Notes under the pieces: model-generated | What the model saw: the letters and a program-made list of their open reading frames with translations, nothing else | The model's database searches: none | What the model was told of the DNA's origin: nothing | Source of the DNA: Euglena gracilis | Lineage: Eukaryota | Direction: 5' to 3' | Length of the DNA: 64,000 bases | Assembly (NCBI GenBank): GCA_039621445.1 | Contig: CP154954.1 | Coordinates: 23,200,954-23,264,953, forward strand | Position numbers and translations under genes: made by a program | In this document: positions 37,084-49,579 of the stretch, piece after piece | Layout: every line of letters begins with the position of its first letter | Numbering within the stretch: the stretch's first letter is position 1

Positions 37084-37245
37084 GATACAGCCCGGGGTCG
37101 GTACGGTGGGATGTTTGGGTTGTTGGTTGTAAGGTGTGTGAGGGTAACCGCTTGAGTATTATTTGGTAAAAAGTCTGCGGAAAGAAAGAATGATAAGAAT
37201 CAATGATAAAAAGAAGAGAAAACAACATGGGTTTCCCATGCGTTC

Positions 37246-40200
37246 TCAAAAACTTGTCATGGAAACATCAATGTTATGTTTCTTATTCCACAGCTTCCAA
37301 TCTTGCTGGACATACCCAACAAAACTGGTTGCTGGCTCCCAAGTGTCCTCCTCGGGCCCATACCCTTTCCAGCGGACCTTCCAAAGGTGCATACCTTTGT
37401 CGATTTTGTGATCGATAATTTTATCGACTACAAAGTCGTCCGTCTCAGGTAATCTGGAACGGGGTTTGAAGTGCAAACACGGGATGGGTTTCCCATCCGG
37501 TGGCGACAGGTATGGTTTGAAGTCGTCCATATGAACGTCCTCAACACCATTCGGTAATGCAACCTTGTAACGCCCGCTGGTACCTAGTCTTTCTAGGATT
37601 TCACAGGGGCCGAGCCAGAGGGGGTCCAGCTTGGAAGACTGCATGCGAGTACGGCTATTCCGTACCCACACGCGGTCACCGGGACTGTAAACAGGTGACT
37701 TGAAATTCTGCAAAAACGATTTCCGTTTTGCTGCATGAATATCAGTCACGCGCTTCTGGACTGCAGAACGTAGATTTTCTACTTCCGCAAACCAGGTCTC
37801 GCAACTGACACTCGTTCGGGCGGGTCTCTCCGAAGGGACATCCCCTATGGCCGGAGGGTCCCGTCCGAAAACTAATTTATAGGGGGAGTGAGGTAAAACC
37901 AACCCTGGTAGGGTATTGATATAAAACAAAGACCATGGTAGAACTGATATCCAGTTGCTGCGCGAGTCAGCCAGTGAAAGGCGAAGCATATTCACGACGG
38001 ATTTCACGGCTGCCTCGGCTCTACCATTGCCTTTGGGTCGGTATATAATGGAAAAATGTTGCTCGATTCCGAGTAAACCGCACAAAGTGGTGAAAAACCT
38101 TGAAGAAATCAAATGGTCTTGATCACTCACGATTTCATTCGGTAAACCCATTAAGCAAATGCATTTCTCCAAAATATAGCTGCCAAACTTTGGGCAGTCA
38201 ACCCTGACTTCTGGCATGGAATGGCTACAATGTACCCACTCAGCCTGCAGACAACAACAAAAACGTAATCGTAAATTTTGTCGTCTGTTCCTTTGCACGG
38301 TTCTAATTCCAGAAAATCCATGCAGAGGGATGTAAAAATGTCAGGGGGTACGGGGAAAAAGTCCATCGTACCAGGGGGGGTACCTCTGCGGGGTTTTACC
38401 GCTTGACAAATTTGACACCGTTGCGCTATTCGCAAACAGCGTGAGTAAAGCTCTTTCTCGCTCAGGGTTGTACAGTACCTGCGGCCCACCAACGAAAGAA
38501 GTTTGGGGGCCCCAGGGTGACCATGGTTGTGATAACACAAAATCACATCATCAACCAGGTCCTGGGGGATACAATATTTGTAACCCGATTCATTGCGAAA
38601 AACCAACCGTAAAGGTGAAAGAGTGTAATTGTCCAGCACTTCGCCATTACGAAGTCTGGTGACAATGGTGTCATACACCGGATCACGACTATAATCCCAT
38701 TCGCGAAAGAACAGTGGGGAAGGGGACTCCGTGCGCGTAATACGCCGGGGCCCGGACGTGCTTCCACGTCGGCGCCTTCCTCGCACTGGTGCGACCAGGA
38801 ATAGTTGTGAAACGGGAAAAGAATCCAAAAGATTGTCCGCAGCGTCGTTTCGACGTGCGTACTCGTCAGCTTCCTGACTTCCATGAAAAGTCGCGTCTCC
38901 CTCATCCGGGTTCCCAGGGTAATACCAAGGGGCCCGACTGAGCGGATCCGCTACTTTTTGTGTGTGTCCAGGGGTATAGATAACCACAAGGTTGAATTGA
39001 CTCAAGAACTCATGCCATCTGCATCGCCTTCCGACCGATGACATGGCCTTGTTCAAATCCTCGGTGTACCAGTGTTGCAGACTCTCATGGTCGGTCTTGA
39101 CGAGGATCTGGACGAGACTGCTGGCTACCCAGCTTCGGAATTTCTGGAGTATAAGCACGATTGCGTAGGTTTCCTTCTCGCGTATACTCCATTTGACTTG
39201 ACCTTTTCCATCGTCGCCCTGTAACTTTCTGCTGAAGAAAGCTACAGGTCGGAGCTCATTCGCCGCATTATGCTGGCTAAGAACTCCGCCAACAGCGTAA
39301 TCGCTGCTGTAGACTTCAAACACGTATGGTTTGTACGGGTCCGCGATTTCGAGGACAATATTCTCCAAAAGCAAAGCCTTGATTTTCTCAAGGGCCTCGC
39401 GCATTTGGTCATCCCAAATGACTTTGGTGTTGTCAACAGCCCGGTTTTTGAGCTGTTTGGTGAGGGGCACCGCGATTTTCGCGAAGTCCTTCATATAAAT
39501 CGCGTAGTATTGGGCTAATCCCAAAAATCCTTTGAGGTGGGTAATCGTTTTGATTACCTCAGGGGTCCATTTCTTAATGGCTTCGAGTTTACTCGGAGCG
39601 GCTTTCCGCTGTCCATTGCTGAGGATGTGACCACAATATTTTATAAGTATCCGAAACAAATGCATTTTCGCGCCTTTCGCGAAAAGCACATGTTTTTGAA
39701 AAGCGGTTAACACCGCGCAAACATGGTGGAAATGTGTGACGAGGATATCCTCGCTCGACCTTGCGGTTGGTGGTGGTGTTCCCACCAGCACGTCATCAAT
39801 GTACACAATGGCAAACGGTAAGTCGCGTAAAACCCATTGTATCGTGCGCTGAAACATAGCTGGGCCATTCTTAACACCCATGGGGAGTACCGTCCATTGG
39901 TACACACCCTTGGATGTCACGAATGCCGTGTATGGTTGGGAGTCAGGGTGTAAGTGCATTTGGTGAAAACCGTCCTCCAGATCGAAAATTGACCACAACC
40001 GGTTTTCCGATTGTTTGGTGATCAAATCCTCGATCAGGGGGAGCGGGAAGGGATCATCCCTTGTTTGGGAGTTTAGGTACCGGTAATCCAGCACCAGCCT
40101 CCATTTCTTCTGACCTGAGGGGTCTGGGGGTTTAGGAACAACAAATGCCTGGGATGTCCACTCGCTTTTCGAGGGCACTATCCACTTGCGCTGAATAAGC

Positions 40201-42344
40201 TTCTCAATCATTTCATTGAGAGCTTGTTCGCGTTCTCCCGAACAACGAAAAAATTTCCGGTGCATTGGCTTGGCTCCATCCTTAAGCTCGATCTTACAAA
40301 CACCGAACAGACCGCGTATCGCGGGGTCGATGTCGCACGCGTATACTGGATTTTCCAGCACACCGTGGAAATCGCGGGTAATCCGCGAACAGAATTCGGC
40401 TGACTTAGGATGCTGACCTGCACTCTCGATGACTGCGGAAACCGCCAGGGTATCCCTGGGGCTACCGAGCTTCCCCGGCACCGCAAATTCGGACATTCCG
40501 AATGCATCGAAGAAACATACGCGAAAAATGATTTCTTGCAAGGGTGGTAATATTTTACCACAAAAATCCTCAAAAATCGGTACATTAGTGGGTAAATCCC
40601 ACCAATGAAAACATACATACGATAGTTGGGTGAACCATTCCGCTTCCGGAATGATGGGTATGAGAATAACTCCACGGGCTTCATCCCGCAGAATTTTCTC
40701 AACCGCACATTCGATAAGTTTTGGGGGAGGGTGCATCCATAACACCGTATCACCCCAAAATTTATCAAATGCGTTGGAGTGTTGTGACCAATGACGTGGC
40801 AAACGGGCATGTGCATTGGATGAGAAGGCATCGATTTCCAATGCCAAATCAAAAGAATCAGCCAATGTTGCGATTTTGGAAAACCATCGTTCCAAAATGC
40901 GATATTGACCAAAATTGAAAGCATTCCATACGCGTTTCGCGTATTCATGCACCCGATTTTCGGGTTGGAGTGAAGAAACACAATGAATGGATCCACAAAC
41001 ATGCGGGTTGTCTTCCACTACCTCAAGGGGTAATCCCAAGGGAGTTTGGACAGGTTGGGGGTTTCCCCATTCCGCATCAAATCCGTACCAAGGGTGATCG
41101 CGATTGTAATTAGGAATCGCGCTTTTCGCGTTTCCGAACAACGAGGCTAATCCGCGTTGTTGGAGTACTCGGTGTATTTCTGCGCATTGCGGGCTACAAC
41201 CAAGTGTATCATGGCGTGTGGATTCCGTATTCGGAATTGTGATTAGTGTCGGATTTTGAACTAAACATCCACAATCGAAATCCGATTGGGTGGAAATTCT
41301 CCTGCAGTGCACACATTGGAAGGAAGTGTGATGGTATGACGGGTGTGCGTGAAAGTGGGTGTCGATGACATTAGCCGGGGAGTCTTGTACAGGTGTGCCT
41401 GGATTCGGCACAACTGGTGGGAAACGGAGTGGTGGTGTAGCTGGGCGACTACTCGACACCGTACGTACTGCAGGCCTTTGGGCTTTCGTCTTGTAACCCA
41501 GTGGAACGGCGGGGGTACCGCTACTCGCTTGCCCTGCCTCATGTGGAACGCATGTTGGTGTGTCATTGGGCAGGGGGGAGGCTTTCTCCGTACCCCGGGT
41601 GTGGAAAACGGTTGTTGGTGTGGTGGGTAACGGTGTTGCCATTGTGGATAACGGTGTGGTTAAAGCGGTGGTCATCATAGTGGATGACAACGGTGATGGT
41701 GGTTTGGGTGTCGATGAAGTGGTGAGTGCTGTGCGCAAACCGTGGGAGTGGCAATCCACAACCAATCGGTACTGGCGTAAAAATGGGTATCCCAAAATTA
41801 CGTCAGACCCGTGAATTCCGGACTCGTAACCCCAAATATTGGTGAAATGTTGTACTTGTGGGGGTTGTGAGTGATGTTTCGGAATGATGGGCAAGAGTAT
41901 CTCGAGCACACATCCCAAATCACCACCACACATGGGGGTGTTATCCGCGGTTGTAATTTTGATCGGTTTCTTGGCGCTTACCAAGAGCGGGGTCGGTATG
42001 AACCCCAACCGAAAGAGCAGTGCAATGCGACAACCAGTGTCAATGAGAATTTTGACTTTGGTGGAGAAAGTTTGAACGCGGATTTCTGCTTGGACGAGTA
42101 ATTCCATTGGTGGTACGCAAAGTGAAGGATCTGGCGGAAATACGTTTGCATGCCAGCTCTCCCATGAACCCTTTCCTACTTTGCTCAGCATTCCGAGCGG
42201 AAATGTGGAGTGGGGGGTAGGGGACCCGAAATAATTCCGGGTACTGACCGTGAAGGCGGATGGGCAGGGGGGGTAAGGTTGATCAGGTCTTACCTCCATC
42301 TGTTCATCAGCCCAGAGGTCCGTGCCCTCGGACCTCGGGCTCCC
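37246..42344 (-). CDS. pol: Pol: aspartic protease, Dam-like methyltransferase domain, RT, RNase H, DDE integrase, chromodomain (one frameshift at ~38172)
   Basis: ILIDTGC..VILGYPFL; IDAFSS..NAFDKFW..WMHPPP; DLEDGFHQ, PMGVKNGP, YIDD; REKETYA, TDHESL, ADPLSR; HHCC, MDF, SDQD, NGRAE, LGPCEI; FVVDKIIDH..VRWKGYGPEEDTWEP. Confidence 0.95.
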
Positions 42345-45300
42345 CTACTCCAAGTCCGAACCGGCCGCATAGCCGGCAACGGACTTTTTGGTGGAATAGA
42401 TGGAATTCAATGAGCGCACCGCCATTCGGGCCTCATTAAATTCCCCGTCCGAGGTCTCATCCCCCTCCCTGCCCGAAGCCGGGGTGTCCTCCTCCAACTT
42501 CGGAAGCAAGTGCTAACCATTTGGCATACCAAAGGTCAATGGATTTCCATTTGCGATCCGATGGCGCGAATTGTCGCCACTTCTTCTCCAGGGTAATCCT
42601 GGTGACCAGACTTGAATTGGTTGAAGCGTATTGCTCAACCAGGTCATCGAATGATACGCCATTACGTATCACCAAATTGCGTGCGCGTTCTCGCTCCTCC
42701 CTCGGTAGGCAATCGATGAATTTCATCTTGACTACCTCGGGATTCGGGTCTTGGGTGGGTCCCTTTAGTGCCCAATAGTACTCCCAGTCCCGAAAAAATT
42801 GTCTCCATGTGGTTGGATCCCCGTCCCATTGGGGCTTCACCTTGTTCGCGATTGCGATGGTGCCCTTGAAGTCTCTCTGAGTAACCCGCTGACCCTCGGT
42901 GGTATTCCAGGGGTTTGGGTCAGGGTAAGTCTTAACACCAAACGCGTTTCGCTGATTTTCCGCTCCATGTGTAACCCGTGCAGGATTTCCCGCACCAAGT
43001 GTAAGGTTGGCAGGATTTTCCTGCGGGAATTGCGAAAAATGTGGTGAAATTCTCCCGGTGGGGCGGGTTTCCCGCCGAAAACCCGATGGGTGATTCGGTA
43101 ATTCAGAACCCGTTGGTGGTTGGTATGATCGCGAATGCGACACATGACCAATACCAGGTGTGGGGTGTTGGCTCATTCCTCGTACAAGGTTGGAATGTTG
43201 AATTTCTTGGTGGAGACTCGAATTTTCGAGTGGGGGGTCAATTTCCTCATCGGAAATGTCGTGTGAAGAGTGAGTTTGTGGTGTGGGCAAATGCAAAGGT
43301 GGTACAATTCGCGTTTTCGCGGGTGGTTGTACCAAATTCGCGGTGGATGTAGGGATTCCTACTCCAGAAATGGTAATTTGAGAACGCGATTCCGGGACAT
43401 TTGGAATACCAACCGCAGCGCTTACCGCGGTGGATGGTGGCACAACCGGTATCGGAGTGGACATTTTATCCAAACTCGCGGACAAGTCATGCACCGTTTC
43501 TTCCAAATGTTCCACCAACTGGAGTTGGCCGCAAATACGGTCAACCTCAGTCTCCAAATGCCTAATGCGTTTGCGGTAACGGGAAAAATCTTCCAAGTGT
43601 GGCAACTTTTCAGAAACCAAGTGTAATTCTTGGGCAAGATTTCCTTGGGACTCCTCCACATTCCGGAGTTGACCCGCAAGCGCTTTTACCGCATTTGAGA
43701 CGGTTTGCAATTGGTGGAGTGACTTTGTGGGGGTTTCCACGGTGGTGCGCGAATTTTCCGCGGTTGGCTTTTCCAACAACGCAGAAATTCGTCCATCCAA
43801 CCGAGAAACCTCATCTTGCATGGATCGGGCATTCCGATTCACGCTTTCCTCAATTTGGAGCAAACTTGTACAAAATGCTTGCAAGGTTTCCTTGTTGTCA
43901 CCAAGCACTTTGTCATAAAATGAGCGAAATTCCGGTGACTCGGATATCCGAGCACGCGAAATGGGGGGTAGTGAGCGGATTTCCGTCACTGTCGTGGACA
44001 ACAAGGTGCAACGGGTTTGCAATTCCCCAATAGCGGCTTGAATACCACTAATGTCGGGAATTCGCTTGGAAAGTGCAGAAACATACTCCTGCAAACCGAC
44101 AACGGTGGCATTAATACCGCCAGTGTCCGTTTGCATTTGTTGTTGCGTAAAATCCAACCGTTGTGCGCAATCCGCGATTTTCGCGTTCAAGGTGGTTAAT
44201 CCATCCTAATTTGCGGCACAATGGCAGCATTTTTGCTCCAAGTGTGAAATTCGTTCCTCCAAAAGCTGGATTTGTGTACGCGGAACAAAATTTTCTTGCA
44301 CTTTCGCCTGGAATTGCTTCAAGTGCTCGATTTCCGAGCCAAGATGCAAAATCCGTTGTTGGGCTTCTTGGAAAGAAGTGGTAAGTGCGGCAAAATGCTC
44401 AACCGCGACAAAGTTACCGATTTCCGGCATTTTGGGGGTGGCATTTTGCGCTTGTAACTGCTGCTGCAATTGCAGTAGCATGGTTGAACATGATTCCACT
44501 TTGCCAAAAAGATGGCTCATACCATCTTGCACGTGCAGAAACTTGGAGTCATTCCGCGTTTCCGCTTCATGCAGCATTTCGCTGATTTGTTGGAAATTTT
44601 GTGGAAGTTGGATGCGCAAAATACTGTCAACACTTTCTTGAAAATGCTGAAGGTCTTTCCCCGCATTTTCAAAATTGTGTTGGCAATATTTGCCGATTTC
44701 CTGCAAATAATTCCAGCAACATTCCAGTTTGGTGTTGACAACCCTTTGATTGTCCTCATCGAACTGCAAAACTTTGTTGAGCATGGTTGCGCATTCCGAA
44801 ACGCATTGATGGACATGCAAAATTTGCTGGGAGTTGACCGAGAATTCGGTAAACATCACCGGGGGTGAGGTTATCCCTCAAATCTTCCTCATAGTCCTCC
44901 ACAATGGAAACGGCACCAGAGATTTCCGGCACCACCAGACGCATATCTGGGTTCCATGGCAATGCAGGGAAAACCGCCGCTTCCGCGGGTAATCCCAGCA
45001 AAGCGTGAAATGGTGTGGGGGGTGGTAATTGAGGGGGGGGTTGGAAAAAACACGGTGTTTCCACCGAGTTGCACTCCAGAAGGCCCACCGGTGCTTCCAC
45101 CGGGGATCTTTTGGGTGTGAACAGAGCAAAGGGCAAATACCCCTCACTTTGTTCATGGGTAACATGAGTAACCAAGTGTGAGGGTGCAAGGGGTTCATCC
45201 CCTCGCCGCATCAATGATGGGTGAATCGGGATGGAGGAAGGCATTTTGCCACCTACATCCCGCACAATCAATGACAATGATGATGAAGAGGGTTCATTAC

Positions 45301-45496
45301 CCCCATGCAACAATAAAGGCGTTTCGCCTTTTGACAATGACAAATGAGTCAAATTGCCTTCTTCTTGCTTGGGGGGTCGGGAATTGGAACTTGTTTCATT
45401 CAAACCGTTCCAATCCCCGCAATCTTCATCACAATTGCTTAATGAACTCATCAACAAGTCATAATCAAATTTGGGGTTGGGGCTTGTGCTCTGCAT
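42345..45496 (-). pseudogene. gag: gag of element D with frameshift/stop and a ~0.9-kb deletion removing both zinc knuckles
   Basis: At ~42497 sequence equivalent to 16960 is joined to sequence equivalent to ~17865 of element C. Confidence 0.88.
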
Positions 45497-45750
45497 CTTT
45501 TGAGATGGGTAAAAAGGCAAAAACCCAAAAATTCACACAAATAAGCAGAGAAACAGGGACCAGAAAGGTTGTATCGGCGATTACCGAACAGAGCCTTCTG
45601 AGACCTGTATCTTTGCTTAAAGGTTGGCTAGGGGCCAGGAACAGTACTTTCACCGTGTTTCACGGCTCAGTACGATCCTCACCACCAGTCAACCACAGAG
45701 TTTCTCTGTGTGGAACGTCTGTGTAGGTTCGTTGCCTAAATCTGCTACCA

Positions 45751-46178
45751 AGTGTACGTCCAAAGCTTTCCCTTTTCCCCTTTTTGGAACTTTCTGTAAA
45801 AGCCTTTCGCTTTCGCCTTGGTGCGCAGCCTACTTATGGTAGGGAAAAGTCTTTGGAGTAACGAAAAGTGGTTTTCCCCTTTTCTTCCCAATTCCCCAAG
45901 AAGCAAAGCACAAAGCAAAGATTCAGAAGTTTCTTCTGAGATCAAAGTCGATTGTTCTGAGGGTTTTTCCCTCTGACAAAACCAATGGTGAAACTTGGAG
46001 ATTGTGAGAGTAAAGAATACCACCTGTGGGGGAAGGAGAGAAAAGTGCTGACGTGTCCAGGGGCAGATCCCAGAAGGGTCTGCCACGATCTTACCAGCTG
46101 TGGGTTTCCACAGTGGTGCGACCGTCACTGAACCCACTCTGCAGATATCCTACAGAGCTGGGACGTGCCTGGTACACA
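45751..46178 (-). repeat. 5' LTR of element D (428 bp)
   Basis: TGTGTACCAGG...GACGTACACT followed by the PBS. Confidence 0.95.
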
Positions 46179-47078
46179 GGTACCCCTAACCCCCCCCCCC
46201 CAATTGGCCATCTGGACCCCGTCCTTCATAATCGCGAACCCCCGAAAAACACCCGAATAAAGGCATTTTCCCTTGAAATGAGAACCCCCCCCCCCTAATT
46301 GGCCACCTGGGCTCTGGCCAATTAGGGGGGGGACAAATAAGGGGGGGGTCACGTTAAGTGTTTAAAGTGAAAATACTGGCTACCACTCTTTTTACAAGAC
46401 ACAAATTTTTGTACACAAATTTTTGTAACAAATTTTTCGCAAAATCCATCATTGCCAACCTCAATTGGACGAAAAATGTCGCAACTATCTCGGGGGTAGG
46501 CAGTACAGTTGTGATTTTCTGGGGACCCCCCCCTCCCCCCCCTGTACAGCTTCCAACCCCCCCCCCTCGGACCCCCCCTCCCCCCCTGTGCCTTGTCTCC
46601 GCTGCTAAGCAAGCTTGTCAGATGAAGCCACATGCTATGGCTTGGGCCTCCGTTACGCCGTCAGCCGCCACAAGGACGCTCATACCAACAAGGGAATTCC
46701 AGGCCCTGATGCAATGGTCCCTGGGTGCTCCGGTTGTTTCGCCTTCAGGTGCCTGTCCCGGGTGCCCTCGGTGACACAACCCCTTGGACGCAAGAGGCCA
46801 TCACCTCGTTTGTTGCCACCGGAACAACATTGTTCGGCGACACGGGGCGGTGCAGTCCTACATCCTTGGGCTGGCCCAAAAGGCAGGTTTCCCGGCCAGA
46901 AGAGGGGAGAGTGCCCCTGATGGTTCCCGCCCGGGCGACGTATATTGTGATGCGATATGATGCAAACGGTCCGGCGGCAATCGACGTGACCGTTCGCCAC
47001 CCCCTTGCACCTTCCCGCGTACGGCCAGGATTGGAATACCTTGGGAAATGGCATGAGAGCCAGGTCCTGGTTCCAGGT

Positions 47079-48411
47079 CAAGGTTCGGCAAATTTCGAAA
47101 ATTTGGGAATTCAATTGAAAAATTCGAAAAATTATATTTTTCAAAAATCGCGGAGCGCGAATCTAGGTATTCCTAATTCATCAGAATTGTTGGTGCTCGG
47201 CGGAAGAGACTTGCATTTTGTGGACTGTGCAGACAACTCTAAGATGCCAGCCTGACGCAGGAGCATATGGTGAATTGGGCAATTCTTTCAGTGAATGTAT
47301 ATTTTTCTCTGTTGCAGATCTCACGGGCAAGGAATTACCGAAGTTTATCACGCTTGAAATGAACTTATTGGAAGGAGGTTTGGTAATCTGGACCTGAGCA
47401 TGTCCCTGCTAAACTGCTCCGTTTGTATTACAGCCAACAACGTGTGTGTTTTCTGGTTCCTGTTGCTGTTCCTGTTTGCTTTTCAATGGCAAAGAACTGG
47501 CCAGTTTTGGGCCAGATGTGGTGGCCAGTTTTGGTCACAGTTGTGGGCAGAAGTGCTGGCCAGTTTTGGGCCCATGCTGGCCAGTTTCGGGCCAGATGGG
47601 GTGGCCAGTTTTGGGCCACATGCTGGCCAGTTTTTTGGCCAGATGTGGTGGCCAGTTTTGGGCAGAAGTGCTGGCCAGTTTTGGGCCACATGCTGGCCAG
47701 ATGTGGTGGCCAGTTTTGGGCCAGATGGGGTGGCCATTTTTTGGGCCACATGCTGGCCAGTTTTTTGGCCAGATGTGGTGGCCAGTTTTGGGCCAGATGG
47801 GGTGGCCAGTTTTGGGCCACATGCTGGCCAGTTTTTTTGGCCAGATGCTGTGGCCAGTTTTGGGCAGAAGTGCTGGCCAGTTTTGGGCCACATGCTGGCC
47901 AGTTTTGGGCCAGATGTAGAGAGGGTTTGGTGCAAAATATTGTCAGAAATCCTGCCAAATTTTCCGGCTTTGATAATCCTGCCTCAAAAATTTCAAAATC
48001 ACGCTTTTTCCAGTCATCTTGCAAACAAAACCTGCCATTTTTTTCTCGGGCTGTTTTCAGGTTTGGCACCAATTTTTTCGGCTCCCAATTTGTCTAGCTT
48101 CAATTTCCCCCCCGCGGTACGGGGTGGGGTGGCCAGGGGGGGGGGGGGCGGGGCCAAAGCTCAGCAAAAAAAAATACCCCGGTGGAGTCACGAGCGGGAT
48201 TTTCCGCAAAAGGCAGGCAAAAACTTCTCGAGGTGTTTTTCTTATCTGCGAGTACCTTGGAAATGCCGTCACCGAGGGGAGGGAGAAAAACAGATACTCC
48301 ATGCAGTGCTTCACCCTGTGGATTTTTTGGAAATTTTCCTCACGAAAAATTCGAATAATTCAACTATGAAAAATTCGAATTATTCGAAACGGAAAAAAAC
48401 GCCGAACCCTG
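47079..48411. mobile_element. Non-autonomous TIR DNA element (hAT-like ends)
   Basis: CAAGGTTCGGC ... GCCGAACCCTG imperfect 11-bp TIR. It interrupts CRE coding sequence at KWHESQ|EEDKK. Possible degenerate 8-bp TSD AGCCAGGT/AGCCCGGA. Confidence 0.6.
47497..47916. repeat. Minisatellite, ~23-25-bp units TGGCCAGTTTTGGGCCA(G/C)ATG
   Basis: Direct inspection shows many variant units built on TGGCCA. Confidence 0.9.
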
Positions 48412-49579
48412 AGCCCGGAGGAAGACAAAAAAAATGTATGGAGACGGTTGTAAGCGCAGAGGGTGGACGTTCATCCCGTTTGTCCTCGATTGCTACGGAG
48501 GAATGGGGGAGGCAGCGCTTACCTTTGTTGGAAACTGTGCTCACTTGCTTGCGGGACAACATGACGCATGGGAGAGGCGAGCAGCGGAGGCAAACTGCTG
48601 GCAAGGCCTCATCATGACCCTTGCCAGAGAACTGGCGAAACAGCTCGTGTGGGGCCAAAGACCCTTGAGTAGTATTGTGCACCTTGCCAAATTGGTGCCT
48701 GAAAACATCATCCCCAAACCAGAGCTGACTCTCATTCATTGGATCGATCATGAGCCAAACAAACAAAAAAATTAAAAACCACACGCATCTCTGTTGCCGA
48801 GTCTAATGGGTCAGATAGCCAAGTTGGCGTAAATTCATTCGCACAAACATGAGCGCATCAACGGAGCAATGGGGGTGGGGCGGGACACGGGGGGGACACG
48901 GGGGGGTACACGGGGGAAACATGCCTCTTTTCTGGACCTTCTGGGACGAAATTTGCGACTTTTTGAGGGACAAAAAATTCATTTCACATTGACCCGAGCC
49001 AAGCTCCAGGCCATACTAGGTGGAAAAAAAAGGGATTGTGGGTGGGGTAAAGTCAAATGGCCTTGAGAGTCCATGAAAAACCGTGGAAAATAATGCCAAA
49101 CAGCAAAAAATTAATGCTCTATGTTGCCTTGGCCGCCTTCTAGGGACCCCCCTGAAGTGCGGGACACGGGGGGGGGACACGGGGGGGGACACGGGGGGGG
49201 GGACACGGGGATCACACCCCCAATCACCAAGGCGATTGCGCAAATCACTGGGGTCGGAGCTTCTTTCATCTGATGACAAATACCACCCCTCCTCGAAGGG
49301 TTATGTTCGGTGTTGCAGTTGAAAATTGCCCCTTTTCCAAAAGGGAATTTCAATTACCCACACAACGAGGTCTATCCCCCACCCGGTTTCTAAGTCCCCA
49401 AAGGGTAGAGAAATGTTCCCAAACCCGAGACATCTTTGATTTCTGCAAAAAAAAAAGTCGATTAACCGGGGGGGCCACAAGCGATTAACCGTTTTTTGAT
49501 TAACCATGGTTAATTGTCCCCCCCACAAACGATCGATTAACTGGGGGGGGTCACAAGCGATTAACTGTTTTTCGATTGA

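Larger units (their letters stand above)
30331..46178 (-). mobile_element. Element D: near-intact Gypsy chromovirus-like LTR retrotransposon (~15.9 kb)
   Basis: LTRs 45751-46178 and 30331-30746 (outer ~13 nt missing), PBS 45741-45750, PPT 30747-30756, long pol and ORF3 frames. Confidence 0.95.
46605..48780 (+). pseudogene. 3' fragment of a CRE-like non-LTR retrotransposon (restriction-like endonuclease region), interrupted at 47079-48411
   Basis: PHAMAWASVTPS..CPGCPR, DANGPAAIDVTVRHP, then resumes WTFIPFVLDCYGGMG..LARELAKQLVWG. Confidence 0.85.

Noticed and set aside
38165-38180. Programmed frameshift inside integrase
   Set aside because: One base is missing from a homopolymer relative to element C, so a mutation or sequencing error is more likely.
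37246-42344. DIRS/tyrosine-recombinase element because of the MT domain
   Set aside because: It has a DDE integrase, protease, direct LTRs, PBS/PPT and a 5-bp TSD, and no tyrosine recombinase is seen.
45700-45750. tRNA gene ending in CCA
   Set aside because: Only the 3' ~30 nt are tRNA-like. This is the PBS complement, with no D or anticodon arm.
47400-48617. 405-aa repeat-rich ORF
   Set aside because: Arises from the TGGCCA minisatellite, which is open in most frames.
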